A stretch of DNA of 64,000 bases from the NCBI GenBank assembly GCA_028534125.1, contig CM052832.1, positions 9,488,001 to 9,552,000 of the forward strand, in the 5' to 3' direction. The stretch is from Lama glama. Taxonomy: Eukaryota. The position numbers were made by a program, and so were the translations under genes. Positions 52,780 to 64,000 of the stretch are shown here, one piece after another. The first letter of the stretch is position 1, and every line of letters begins with the position of its first letter. The notes below the pieces were generated by a model. That model worked only from the letters and a program-made list of their open reading frames with translations. It had not been told where the DNA came from and ran no database searches.

Positions 52780-52932
52780 GAGGGGGAGGGTATAGCTCAG
52801 TGGTAAAGTGTATACTTAGCATGCATGAGATCCTGGGTTCAATCCACAGTACCTGTATTAAAAAATAAATAAATAAACCTAATTACACCACCCCCATACA
52901 CACACAAACAAAAAGAAGTTAAAAAAATTTTT
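52780..52932 (+). mobile_element. Vic-1-like SINE inserted in a MER5-like element (~52715-53052)
   Basis: A and B boxes and tail; flanks gattctcaaactt...ggagggcttgttaaaacacag and ctgcatttctaacaagctccc are MER5A-like. Confidence 0.82.
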
Positions 52933-54069
52933 TTAAACCCCCACAGGTTGTGGCACCATCCCCTAAATTCTTCCTTCTAGGAGAGGGAGGCCTGAGAACC
53001 TGCATTTCTAACAAGCTCCCACATGTTGCAGCTGCTGGCCCAGGGGCCACAGTGAATGGGTCCAAGGTGGGGTGGAAGCAAAGCTCTTTGGAACTGGACA
53101 GATCAAGAGCCTTTGCAGCCAGAGGGTGGGATGGACCTGATGTCCTCCTGATGCTTTAAGTCGAACAGTGATGTCACCAGTGAATGATGGCTCCAAGGAT
53201 GAGTACAAGGGGGATGGAGTCAGACATGGCCCTAAAACGACAGGCATTTTTGAGGGGAAAAAGGTGGAGGCAACAACTGAACAAGGAGGAGGCCATCCCT
53301 CCTCTCCAGACCCCGAGGAATGTCTGATTTGAAAGAAAAACCCATCAGTACTTGAAAAGATGACACAGGAAGTGCACTTCCTCCTTCAGGAATGGCAAGG
53401 AAGTTAGAAGAACTTTGAGAGATGAGGGACCTATGGAGGCAGGGAGTTGAGGGTGGGGGCTCGGGCCTGGAATGGACAAAGCCATTCGGGCATGAACGTC
53501 CAATGGCAGGCAGGCAGTGAGACACCAGGGAAGGACTGACCCTAAAATCTCCTCAAAAAATCAGTGCTCCAGGTTTGCTGATTTCTTGGTGGGGTCATTT
53601 TTATGTTATGTTAAAATAAACATGAGTTTAGAATTGATTCAAAAACAACTTTGCATAAATCTTTAATATAAAATTAAGAGCCATCGGAGATACAAGCCCC
53701 ACTCCCAGATCCTCCTCATATGGTCACTCTGGAGAAAAAGTGGGAAAAGCCCTGCTCGCTTGATAGATCTTGGGTGGAGGGTGTAGGAGAGAAGCATTTG
53801 TACTTTAAATTGGGAAATGGAAAACTTTTTAGACTCACGGGCATGATCTGTGATGGAGCTTCAGATATCGTACTGGGGACGGAGTTAGCTTGGGGACAGA
53901 GCTGCTCTGCCAGAGCCCTTCACATCATAGATTCTGGAGCAGCGTGGTACCCAAGGAAAGCGACAGGGAGCCTATGTGGGATGGGAGGGTCTCAGCCTGC
54001 CTTCCCAACTCGTCTTCACTACTCCTCCCTCCCTCTGCCTACTTCTCGGTTTTCCTCCCCTTTCCATCT

Positions 54070-54378
54070 TCAGAATCAGCTTAGCTGAGTGGTTGACAAG
54101 AGGAAAGGGAGGGGTGAGGCTAGGGGAGCTTAGCCAACTGGAGGTCGGACCTTCCAGGGGAATCTTCTAATGATCTTAGGGCGCTTAGCTAGGCTGGTCC
54201 TGCCCAACTGCCACCAGCTCCCTGCACTGCCCATCCTGTTCAGTTGGACAGGAGACGATGAAGAAAGAAGCTGGCTAAGCAGAGGCGAGGGAGGAAGAGG
54301 GCCAGAGCCTAAAGAATCGATAGGAAGAAGCCAGGGAGGAGGCACAGACCCTTGCTCCCTGACCTTCTGGGCTCCAGG
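54070..54378 (+). promoter_or_regulatory. GUCA1B: GUCA1B proximal promoter/5'UTR with a cluster of CRX/OTX-type CTAAGC motifs
   Basis: GCTTAG or CTAAGC at 54079, 54128, 54183 and 54275, upstream of a photoreceptor gene ATG; TSS cannot be determined. Confidence 0.45.
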
Positions 54379-54582
54379 ATGGGGCAGCAGTTCAGCTGGG
54401 AGGAGGCGGAGAGCCGTGCGGTGGACGTGGCAGAGCTGCAGGAGTGGTACAAGAAGTTCCTGGAGGAGTGCCCCAGCGGGACGCTCTTCATGCACGAATT
54501 TAAGCGCTTCTTCAAGGTCGCAGGCAACGAGGAGGCCACCCAGTATGTAGAGGGCATGTTCAGAGCCTTCGACAGGAATGGG
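54379..54582 (+). CDS. GUCA1B: GUCA1B (GCAP2) exon 1: myristoylation motif, EF1 and start of EF2
   Basis: [11 protein letters not shown]...[16 protein letters not shown]...FRAFDRNG|gtaagg; 204 nt; MGxxxS motif and the CPSG signature of NCS proteins. Confidence 0.95.
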
Positions 54583-56051
54583 GTAAGGCGCCCTGAAGGG
54601 GAGGACCGATGGTTCAGGTCTCATCCCTGAGCTAAAGGAGCATCCTCGGTGGGAGTTCCGGCTCCCAGTCTGCCTGTTCTTCTCCTGCTCTACTTTCCTC
54701 TCCAATCCCCTCTCGCCTTTTCTGTCTCCCTCTCTCCCATCATTCTTCCTTCTTGTCTTCTCTTCTCTCCTCTCCACCTCTCCGCTCTCCTCTTCATCTC
54801 TCCGCTCTCCTCTTCCTCTTCCTGAGAGCTGAAGGCACTCTGCAGAAAGGCACACGGTCCAGGCCTCTCTCCGTGTATTTATGGCCAGGCCTCTGTAGCC
54901 AGAGAACCTGGTTCTTCACGCCCTCCGGAGCCCCGGTCATTCTGAAGGGACTCCAGAGCGGTGCTAAACGGACCCAGGATCTTGGCACAGCTCATGAGCG
55001 CCCCTTTGTCGGGGTCCTTCGAAGTGAGACCGGTCCGCTCTTCCCTCCAGTAATGCGCGGACGAGGCTCCTGCCGGGACTGGGAGGTTGGACGGATTATT
55101 GCAAAAGTCCCTTTCTGCTCTTCAAGCCATGAAAGATTCCATACAATTATCCACCCAGGGGATTTCCTCAAGTCCGTGGATGCCACCAGGAGCTAAGAAG
55201 ATAATATATTTTGTAAATATGACCCTGGGAACTGAATTTAAAAATGGAAACCCCTTCATTATTTAAGGCCATCCAGTCCAACGCCTCTGTAATTCTTTAA
55301 ACCATTGGGTTTGCCTCAAATACCTATTTCAGTCCCCCCAGTTGAGGGGGACGTGGACTGGACCTAGGTAATTAATCTGGAGAAAGCGTCAGTACCCCAG
55401 TTCTTTGTGCGGGGAGAGCTTCGCTTTCTAGAGTGAGTCACTGGGATGCTGCTTCAGGTCCGACCCTGTCCCTGGTACCAGCCAGCGCACATCCCAGCGC
55501 CTTTCGGGGTGAGAGGGCGGGGTCACCGTCCTCCCTGCAACAGAAACCTCCGTGGAGATGAACCCTGATAAACGCCTTCTCGGGGCCCCAAGTGAGCTTC
55601 AGACTTCCCCAAGCTCCTCTCCATGGGCTCCTCTGAGTCCGCAGCAGCCCTGGGAGGGAACAGGCAGAGGCTGTTATTCCAAATGCAGTGATAAGGAAAC
55701 TGGAGCAGAAGGGAGTGAACTGATTTGTCCAAGATCATATACTCAGGGTCCTGAGTCCCAGGAAAGTGCTCCTGCACAGACGGCTATTTGTTGGTTGTCT
55801 TTTCCTTTTCCTTTTTTAAGAGAGAAAATTTTTTTTGAAGTGTTGAATGTCATAAGAAAAGTAAATAATCAGGCCGTATATGGCAAGGCTCACTAGATAA
55901 TCATATCAATCTTCTCCATATTCATTTAAAAGTCAACATAATAACAATTCAAGATCTAAAAGGAGTTATTAAGCCCTTGGGAGTAATAGAGCTGAACCTC
56001 TTATACCTCATCTCTTCCTATAAATCGGCATATAATATTCATCAATTGTTT

Positions 56052-56209
56052 AAAATTTTTTTTGCTTTATTGTTATTTATTTATCTATTTTTAGGGGGCA
56101 GGTAATTAGGTTTACTTATTTATTTTTCAGAGGAGGTACTGGCGATTGAACCCAGGACCTTGTGTATGCTAAGCATCCACTCTACAACTTGAGCTATACC
56201 CTCCCCTCT
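56052..56209 (-). mobile_element. Vic-1-like SINE
   Basis: Reverse-complement SINE body; TSD ttcatcaattgttt at 56038 and 56210. Confidence 0.88.
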
Positions 56210-56224
56210 TTCATCAATTGTTTT

Positions 56225-57430
56225 TAAAATAACTTTTTAATTTTGACATGATTTTAAATTTACAGAAAAATGATAATAGTACAAGTAACTCCCATGTACA
56301 ATCTATCCAAATTCTCCCACTGATTACATTTTGCCTCACTTGGTTTACCAGTCTCTGTGTGTAATGTATTATACATGTATATGTACATACACGTAATATC
56401 TAACATGTACATATGTGTGTATATCATGCCTAAAAATATACACCTATATTTTTAGCAAAAATTATAGACATGACACCCTTTTACCCCAAGTATTCTAGTG
56501 TGTATTTTCTAAGACTAAGGTCTTTATCTTAACCTAATAAATGATCAAAACCAAGAAATTCAACATTAACAAACTCTATCATATAATTGCCAACCCATTT
56601 TCAAGCTTGGTTGATTATCCTGGTGACATACGTTATAGCTTTTTTGTTTGTTTGATCACATATTGCGTTTATTTGTCCTGTCTCTTCCTTAGCCTTTAAT
56701 TTGAAACTTTTTTTAAAATTTTTTTTTAATCTTGGGGGTAGATAATTAAGTTAATTTATTTTTAGTGGAGGTACTGGGGATTGAACCCAAGACCTTGCGC
56801 ATGCTGAGCAGAAACTCTACCACTTGAGCTATACCTCCCCCTAATGTGAAACTTTTTTTTTTTAAATATATTTTTTATTGATGTATAGTCAGTTTATAGG
56901 GTTGTGGCAATTTCTGGTGTGCAGCACAAGGCTTCAGTCATATAGGAACATACCTATGTTGGTTTTCATATTCTTTTTCACCATAAATTACTACAAGGTA
57001 TTGAATCTAGTTCCCTGAAACTTTTAATCTCAGCTTTTCTTTATCTTACTTGACTGACATTTCTGAAGACTGCAGGTCCATTATTTGGGTTGGCCTTGCC
57101 TTGTGAAGAGATTTGGGTTGCACTTCTGGCAGAAATGCCCCAGAAGGGACGCTGTGTCCTCCTCGTGCATCATCTTGGGGGCATATGATGCTGGTTTGTT
57201 CCATTAATGGAGTGGCTCACTTCAATCATTTGGTTATGTGGCCTCTGCCAGTTCCTGCCTCTGTAAAGTGACTCTTTTTCCTTTGTGATTAATCAGCATC
57301 TCAGAGAGAGGTACTTTGAGACTAAATAACTATCCTGTTACTCATTAAATGTTCATCTACTGGGTTGGGCATCCACTCATAATTCTCTAATTCCGCTGTC
57401 CCTTCTTTGTTTGTTAGCTGGCATCCTGCC
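56225..57430 (-). mobile_element. Old L1 3'-end remnant with younger SINE/L1 insertions in GUCA1B intron 1
   Basis: aaatttacagaaaa...tagtacaagtaactccc and gaggtactttgagact motifs typical of old L1M 3' ends. Confidence 0.5.
56714..56841 (-). mobile_element. Vic-1-like SINE
   Basis: Reverse-complement SINE body; near-TSD taat(t/g)tgaaacttttttt. Confidence 0.85.
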
Positions 57431-58619
57431 GTAAGTAAGCACTCTCCTAGCAGGTGTTTTCAGTTCCTCTGTCAGGGGCTGAGCCTTCTTTCCTTTCTCT
57501 TCCCACTTAGTCTGTGTCTCCAAACACATATCCAACTCCACTTCCCACCTTGGCACAGTCTTTATATCAGCAGGGCTCGGTTGTGGGCAAGTGGTCTGAG
57601 ATTCCTGGGGGAAATCAAATCAAAAGAGTTCATAGATCTAGCTCACACGTCAAAATCTGGGGTGGGGGAACCAGGGTTTTGGTGGAGGCAAGGAGGTAGG
57701 AGCACCTGGTCTGTGCTGCTGCTCCCCCTCCGGGTGGGGCAGTAATGCTCCTCTGCGGTGCTTGCCTGTGATGTACTGAAATGAAAGAAAGGGGAGGGTG
57801 AAGCTCGAATATCATTCGGGATCCTTACGTAATAAGTGTTGGGGGTTCAGGGCTGGTTCACACAAGCAGCCAATTCAGGACGAAACGAGGCAGGTAATCC
57901 CACACAGCAGATCACACGCCTGTCACTTCTGCTCCAGCTCTTGAGTAGACAGGCATTTCCATCATCTTGGGTCCCCATGAGTAATTGAAGCTGACAAGGG
58001 CCTGGGCGCAGCGGATGAGATTAGCCCCAGCTGGAAGCTTTCCAGAACTGGTCCGGCGGGGCGGGGTTTGAAGTAAACTCGCAGGTGAGATCACTTGTCA
58101 GGAAGGGGCTGCTTCACAATGTGCCTCGTGTAAGGCGAGGGGGTCATTGTGGAAACCGTTTCATGTTGAGCCAGGATGTTGAAAACAGAAGATTCTAGAC
58201 AGAGAATGTGGGGGAATCTAGAGATCTGGAGAATAGGGATTTGTCAGTGGTTTTGGGGTTTTGTTTTCATTTTTCTCCCCTCGGTGCTAGACATCAGGCT
58301 CATTTTTTAGGCAGTAATAGACCTTGCAGAAAAGAAAATTCTCCGCATCTGATGAACCGGAGAAGGCATGTAGCTTGAAAGACTCTACCATTTGCTGGGT
58401 GGGAATTGCTTGGGCAACTTATTCAACCTGAGTCTCAGTTTCCTCATCCATAAAATGGGGATAACAGACCTGAGGGAGATGATGTATGTAAAATAGATGA
58501 TCCCTACCAGCCATTCTGCATACATCTTCCTACTCAATTCTTCTTAAAAAAGAAACATAAGTTCTATTTTAGTAAGCTTAATAAATAATAATTACTCATA
58601 AAAATAGCCTTTTAAAGAA

Positions 58620-59290
58620 CAACCATTTATCACATTGTACACCTTAAACTCACACAATGTCCTTTAAAAGGCTATTCTGCAATTACATCTCAATAAAGCT
58701 GGCAGAAAAATACCCAGAAACAAGCCAAATAACCTTCAATGAGCAAACAGAAAGCAAACTAGGGACCATTCAAACAACTGAGCACCATTCAGCAATAAAA
58801 AGAAAGGAACTGTTGATACACGTGCAGACTAGGATGAACCTCAGGGCACCGTGCTGAGTGAAAAAAGGAATGACTTACTGTATGATTACATAGCATTCCC
58901 AAAGTGAAAATATTATCATGATGGAGCACAGATCAGTGGTCACCACGCGTTATGGTTGGGAGAAAGATGTGACTCTTAAGAGGTAACATAAGAGAGTTTC
59001 TTTGTGTTGATAGTTACTCACACCTACAAAATTTCGTAGAACCAGAGGGGAGGGGCAATACAGGGGTAGAGGCTAAGAGGTACAAATTATTAAATATAAA
59101 ATGAGCTATAAGGATATATTGTACAACCCAGGAAATACCACCAATATTTTATAACTATTAATGGAGTATAACCTTTAACAATTGTGAATCACAATATTGT
59201 ACACCTGGAGCTTATATAATACTCCATGTCAACTATACTTCAATTTTTAAAAACCCATAGAGCTGTGTACCTACAAAAACAGTGCATTAA
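58620..59290 (+). mobile_element. L1 3'-end fragments in GUCA1B intron 1
   Basis: cagcaataaaaagaaaggaactgttgataca...ggatgaacctc and aactatacttcaat L1 3'UTR motifs. Confidence 0.6.
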
Positions 59291-60451
59291 AGACCAGTGG
59301 GTGAAAAAGGAACAAACAGCAACTGCTAAGAAGGTACCCTACAGAAATTACTAGAGACGTAAGAAAACATACATGTGCCCAAAGATGCTCATTGTGTAAT
59401 GTTAAATCTCAAAGCCATGTTCATTAAGAGGGACTGCGCAGTATTCTTCAAAAAGAAAAGAGAGAAAAAAAAAAGGACAAGTTTAAATAGTTTTGAAGGC
59501 ATGGGCAATTTTAAAATAAAAATCCAGGAACTAAGACTATAGCTGGTCTGACCTCAATTAGGTAAATATATGGTGGGGAGTGTTGGGGACCAGAGGAATC
59601 ACCTGAAGGATGCTGACTAAAACTCCTCAGGTGTTGAGGTGGGCTTGTTTTATTTTCTTGGTTTTTCCTTGGGCTTTTGCTATTTCCCTCATTTTCGGCC
59701 GTGTTCTCCTGTTGCTCACACCTTGCACACCCAGACACCCCTTGATCTGGGACTGAGGCTTCCAAGTAGCCTGACCCAGTGGGAGAGAGGCGCTCTGGGC
59801 CAGTGAAGCCATTTGTGATTACAAAGTCATGTGAATGACAGACACTCCTGGGGGAGCTAATGATTCCAATTTTTGATCTGGAGACCTGAGCTCCCTACCC
59901 GGAAATGCATGAGGTCCTGCTTTCTAATCTCCTTTCAAAATTACGTTAGTCTCAAATTCAGACTTAAGTCAATCATTTCTTCACTGATTCATAAAAATCT
60001 CATAAGAGACCGGGACTCTGGGTGGAAGTGGCACTGAGCTAGGCAGGGAAGAGGAACAAAAGCAATGTAAAGCCCTCTCCTTCCTCCTGGAGCACATGAT
60101 GTAGCTAGAGAATGGGACATACTTAATGAAGCAGTGAACCGTAGAGTGAGTGGTAGGTGCTGTGAATGTCAGAAGAGGGAGAGAGATCACCGGGGCTGAA
60201 GTGGTATAAGAAGGAAGGCTTACCTGGAGGAGGGGACCCTTGAGCTGAGCCTTGAAGGACAGGTAGGACTGAGTGATCATGGAGTCTGGGAATGGATCTC
60301 AGGGTGGAGACCAGTACGAGCACAGATGCAGAGGCACACGGAACAAGAGGAAGAGGCGAAGTCCTGAGTTTGTAGGGATGGTGGCCTAGAACAGGGCTCA
60401 CACCTGTGCTCCGGGTGGGAGGGAGCCTCATAGTTCCCACTGCCAATGCAG

Positions 60452-60601
60452 GACAACACCATCGACTTCCTGGAGTACGTGGCAGCCCTGAACCTTGTGC
60501 TGAGGGGCACCCTGGAGCACAAGCTGAAGTGGACCTTCAAGATCTATGACAAGGACCGCAATGGCTGCATCGACCGCTTAGAGATGCTGGACATCGTGGA
60601 G
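60452..60601 (+). CDS. GUCA1B: GUCA1B exon 2 (EF2 and EF3)
   Basis: tgcag|GAC ... GAG|gtcagt; 150 nt; [50 protein letters not shown]. Confidence 0.96.
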
Positions 60602-60739
60602 GTCAGTGTCTGGGGGTAGGGGGAGCGGGGCAGGCACCTGGGCACTGCTGGGTGCTGAGTGCTGGCCACTAAAGTGGGGGCCCCTCCCCTGGGGCTGGGG
60701 ATGGGAAGGGGCATTGGAATTATTCAGAGTGTGCTTTCC

Positions 60740-61200
60740 AACCACTTTCCAACCAGTGAAATTAAGCTAGAGACCAGTTACAAAAAGAGACCAAGAAAAT
60801 CCCCATCTGTTTGGAAATTGGGCGATCTACTTCCTAATGCTCCACAAATCAAAAAATAGTATCACACACACACATACGTACACACCAAGTATTGTGAACT
60901 GAATAATAATGCAATCATAACAAAACCCGTGGAATGCAGCTCAAGTTGGGCTTGCAGAAACATCTGTGGCCTTAAAGCGTATATACTAGAAAATAAGGGA
61001 GGCTGAAAATCAATGCTCTGAGAAGTCATCTCAAGAAATTAGAAAAAAGAAGAGTAAACTAAGTCCAAAGAAAGAAAAACAAAGGAGCTAATAAAGAGCA
61101 GAAGTTAATGAAACAGAACACAAAGGCACAAGAAAAGTCAACGAAAACAACAGTTGGTTCTTTGCAAAGGTTAGCAAAGCTGATGGACTGCTAGCAAGAA
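60740..61200 (+). mobile_element. L1 ORF2 fragment in GUCA1B intron 2
   Basis: A-rich sequence (ctcaagaaattagaaaaaagaagag...agttggttctttg) typical of ORF2 downstream of the endonuclease. Confidence 0.65.
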
Positions 61201-62015
61201 TGAGCCAGGGGAAGAAGTCCTGCAGCTCAGACCCTGCACGCTACCTGCGGGAACCTGGTGTTCCCCAGAACTGCACTCCGAGGTGGCGGTTGTCGGTCCA
61301 TTTTATAGATAAGGAAATCGGCCCACGGAAGTTGTGTGGTTTGTCCAAGTTCACCCACCGGGAGGCGCTGGGCTGCCTGTAACCCCTGAAGCTCCCCAGC
61401 ACTGTTAGTGGGGCCAGCTTTGTGCCAGGCGCTGTGCTGGGAGGTAAGGCCAGAGGAGATCCACGAGGCATGCGTCTGTCCTCAGAGAGCGCCCAGCCAA
61501 GGACTAAGGATAATCCTCACATTCTTCTGTCTCCTCCCTATTTCACTTTCAAACGTGGCCTCGTTGCCAGAGGAAATAGGGCAAAGGAGAATCCTGTTCT
61601 TTTCCCTCCAATCCAAACACCTGTATCTCCCGGCATCCTATTTCACACACATACACACACATCCGTAAGTACACTAAATTATCTTTTCCTCTCTGAATCT
61701 TGATGGTTTAGACCATCACTGTGCTGTCCGCATCCCTCATTAGAGGTTTTGAGTGTTGGCTAAGACGCTTACAGTGGAAACAGCAGTGGCATAGGGATGG
61801 AGGCATCTTGTGAAGGCTAACACCTCGGTTGGAATTAGGCCAGTGGGAGCAGCCTTAGCACAGGTCACTTTTGATTTGGATCAGGGTCCTGTGGTCCTCA
61901 GATGCACAGCGGGGGTGGGGGGAGCGCTAGGGAGGAGGTGCTGAGGGACGTGGGTCCTGGGGGAGGGGGAGGAGCGTGCAGGGTCTCGTGGATGCCGCCG
62001 GGTTCTCTCCCGCAG

Positions 62016-62136
62016 TCCATCTACAAGCTGAAGAAAGCCTGCAGGGTGGAGACGGAGGCCGAGCAGCAAGAGCAGCTGCTCACGCCCGAGGAGGTCGTGG
62101 ACAGGATCTTCCTTCTGGTGGATGAGAACGGAGATG
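62016..62136 (+). CDS. GUCA1B: GUCA1B exon 3
   Basis: cccgcag|TCC ... G|gtaac; 121 nt; [40 protein letters not shown]. Confidence 0.95.
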
Positions 62137-62665
62137 GTAACAGGGGCAGAGAGGATGTTGGCGGGAGGTGGCCGGGGGGTGGGGGGGAGCTGCCTGCTGT
62201 GGAGCACCCCCACTTCACCTTAGTTAGGGGAGGCCCTTCACCTCCCAACAGTGTGATGAGTGTGGAGAGGGTTACATAAAATAACAAAGGGTGTCACTAA
62301 CACAGGGGATTTGTGCGTGTGATTAACACTCCTGTTGGAGTTGCTGATGGAGGCCAGGCAAGTGTAGTGGAAAAAAGAGGAGCTTTGGAGTTAGGAAGGT
62401 TGGGATGCTCCATTTACCCTCAGACTGGTCTCAGTTTCCTCATCTGGAAAATGGGTATAAGAATGGTTGAAGGGAATAAATGGGGTCATGTACATAAGTA
62501 AGAGCCACTGTTAAGGCTATTTGGACTCTCCTCTCCATAGCTGAGAGCCCTGGCCCCAGGCTGTGCAGGGAGGAAGCTGGCTGGGAACACCCCAGAAGAG
62601 CCCTCAAGAACATTTTGAGGGCCCCTTGGGCAAAAGTAAAACTTAATCCATTTGCAAAGAAAGTC

Positions 62666-62763
62666 CCATGTATGACTGAAGCATTATGCTGTACACCAAA
62701 AACTGACACAACATTGTAAACTGACTATACTTCAATAAAAATATATATAAAGGGGAAAAAAAA
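62666..62763 (+). mobile_element. Short sense L1 3' end carrying AATAAA in GUCA1B intron 3
   Basis: catgtatgactgaa...gactatacttcaataaaa plus an A-rich tail; near-TSD aaagaaagtcc / aaagaaaccc. Confidence 0.72.
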
Positions 62764-62949
62764 GAAACCCTTGAAGTTTCCAGGAGATTCCCGGAGAATG
62801 GGAGAATTGACAAGGCCCAAGCTTAGGTCCTGAGACTGCAGGCTGTCTGTGTAAGAGGTGTGGGCGCATCCCAGGAGACAAGGCCTTGCCTCTTGCCCCC
62901 ACCCCCATTTCTCCCATTCCCATGACCGTCTCTCCTACCCCTTGCTCAG

Positions 62950-63077
62950 GCCAGCTGTCTCTGAATGAGTTCATTGAAGGTGCCCGTCGTGACAAGTGGG
63001 TGATGAAGATGCTGCAAATGGACCTGAATCCCGGTAGCTGGATCTCTCAGCCGAGGCGGAAAAGCGCCATGTTCTGA
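62950..63077 (+). CDS. GUCA1B: GUCA1B exon 4 CDS; joined protein is 200 aa
   Basis: ctcag|[44 protein letters not shown], stop TGA. No AATAAA was seen before the window end. Confidence 0.95.
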
Positions 63078-64000
63078 GGGGTCTGGGGCCCTGGGAGCCC
63101 TCCAAGACTCTAGGTTCACCACGTTTCCAGAGGAGAGGGAGGCTCCCTGGCTCGGCCAGCTTAGGCCCACTGTCATCCTGGCTTGGACTTCCTAGCACCC
63201 CTTGTGCAGGGGGTGGGGCTGAGTGGGGAGGGGAGGGGCCATTGGTCTAAAATAGTCAATAGGGTCTGGTCCATTGGGAGGATTTCCGGGGTGGAGACGG
63301 GAACTGGTTTCCTCTGCCCTCTCAGTGGCTCCTGGGAAAGCTACGCTTTGGCTAGGTGATTGTGGGGCTCCCACAAATTCCTACATGGCTCTTAGCTGTA
63401 AGCAGGGAAAACTGAGAGGTGGGGAGGGTCCCATAGACCAAATGAGCAATGAGAATGCCCCACAGTGCGAAACTGATTAGTAGAAGGGAGGGGCTGGCAG
63501 GTGATGTTGACTCTGAAGGAAAGGTAGGAGTTGGGGGGAGGGGTGGATAATAATTACATCCCCCCAGGACCCTGAGTGTTCATGGGAGGGCTCTTGTCTC
63601 TTCCTCTACAAGTTGTCCTCCCCAGGGGTATTAGTAGGGAAACTTGCAACAAGAAAGGCTGTGGTCTTCCTGCCCTTAGTGGGGGGTCAGTTGTGCTTAA
63701 AGGGGCTATTTTAGCCCCGCCCTGGTGCTGCACCCCACCAACACCTGCCACCACCACCCCAACCCTTCTTTCCCCTCTCCACCCCTCATCCTCACACTCA
63801 CCTCTCCAACCCCCACCCCCCAGCATGGACCCTCCACAAATCTCAGTCACAAGCCCACAAGCCAAATGTGTCTCCTTAAAGGACGGAGAAAACTTTCCTC
63901 TGTCTCTGGGGAGAATTGGGCACCTGCCACCCTGGGTTCTAGGCCAGGCTTTGCCTCCATCAGCTAGGTGACCTAAGACGGCCACTTCCCTTCCCTAACC

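Noticed and set aside
54170..54550. 126-aa out-of-frame ORF overlapping GUCA1B exon 1
   Set aside because: Weak ATG context, probably upstream of the TSS, and no protein similarity recognised.
54130..54855. 241-aa minus-strand ORF over GUCA1B exon 1
   Set aside because: Made of the antisense of GC-rich coding sequence and a CT-rich low-complexity tract; no recognisable domain.
63040..63077. Pro before RRKS at the GCAP2 C-terminus (Gln in recalled orthologues)
   Set aside because: A single substitution; the RRKS motif is intact and the comparison rests on memory.

Overview
Mammalian genomic DNA, most likely camelid (inferred from eight tRNA-derived Vic-1-like SINEs). Three + strand genes were reconstructed from splice sites and recognisable peptides: the last three coding exons and long 3'UTR of TRERF1 (1026-~9500), complete MRPS10 (7 exons, 14210-28614, 201 aa) and the complete CDS of GUCA1B/GCAP2 (4 exons, 54379-63077, 200 aa). 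The rest is rich in transposable elements: a full-length antisense L1 in MRPS10 intron 1, two decayed minus-strand ERV1-class proviruses (28678-36893 with a tRNA-Ser-type PBS; 44370-50038 with a tRNA-Arg-type PBS), solo LTRs, SINEs, L1 fragments and hAT/MER elements. Main observation: an ERV begins 63 nt after the MRPS10 stop codon and appears to have displaced the ancestral 3'UTR by ~12 kb. Its proximal LTR, unlike its sister LTR, carries an AATAAA on the MRPS10 strand, keeps an antisense TATA box and lacks its own polyA signal. Other observations are a chimeric, LTR-swapped second provirus, an in-frame alternative acceptor inside a TRERF1 zinc finger, and an LTR retrocopy that may supply the branch point of MRPS10 intron 6. 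No alignments or searches were run; orthologue comparisons and repeat family names come from recall and need checking.
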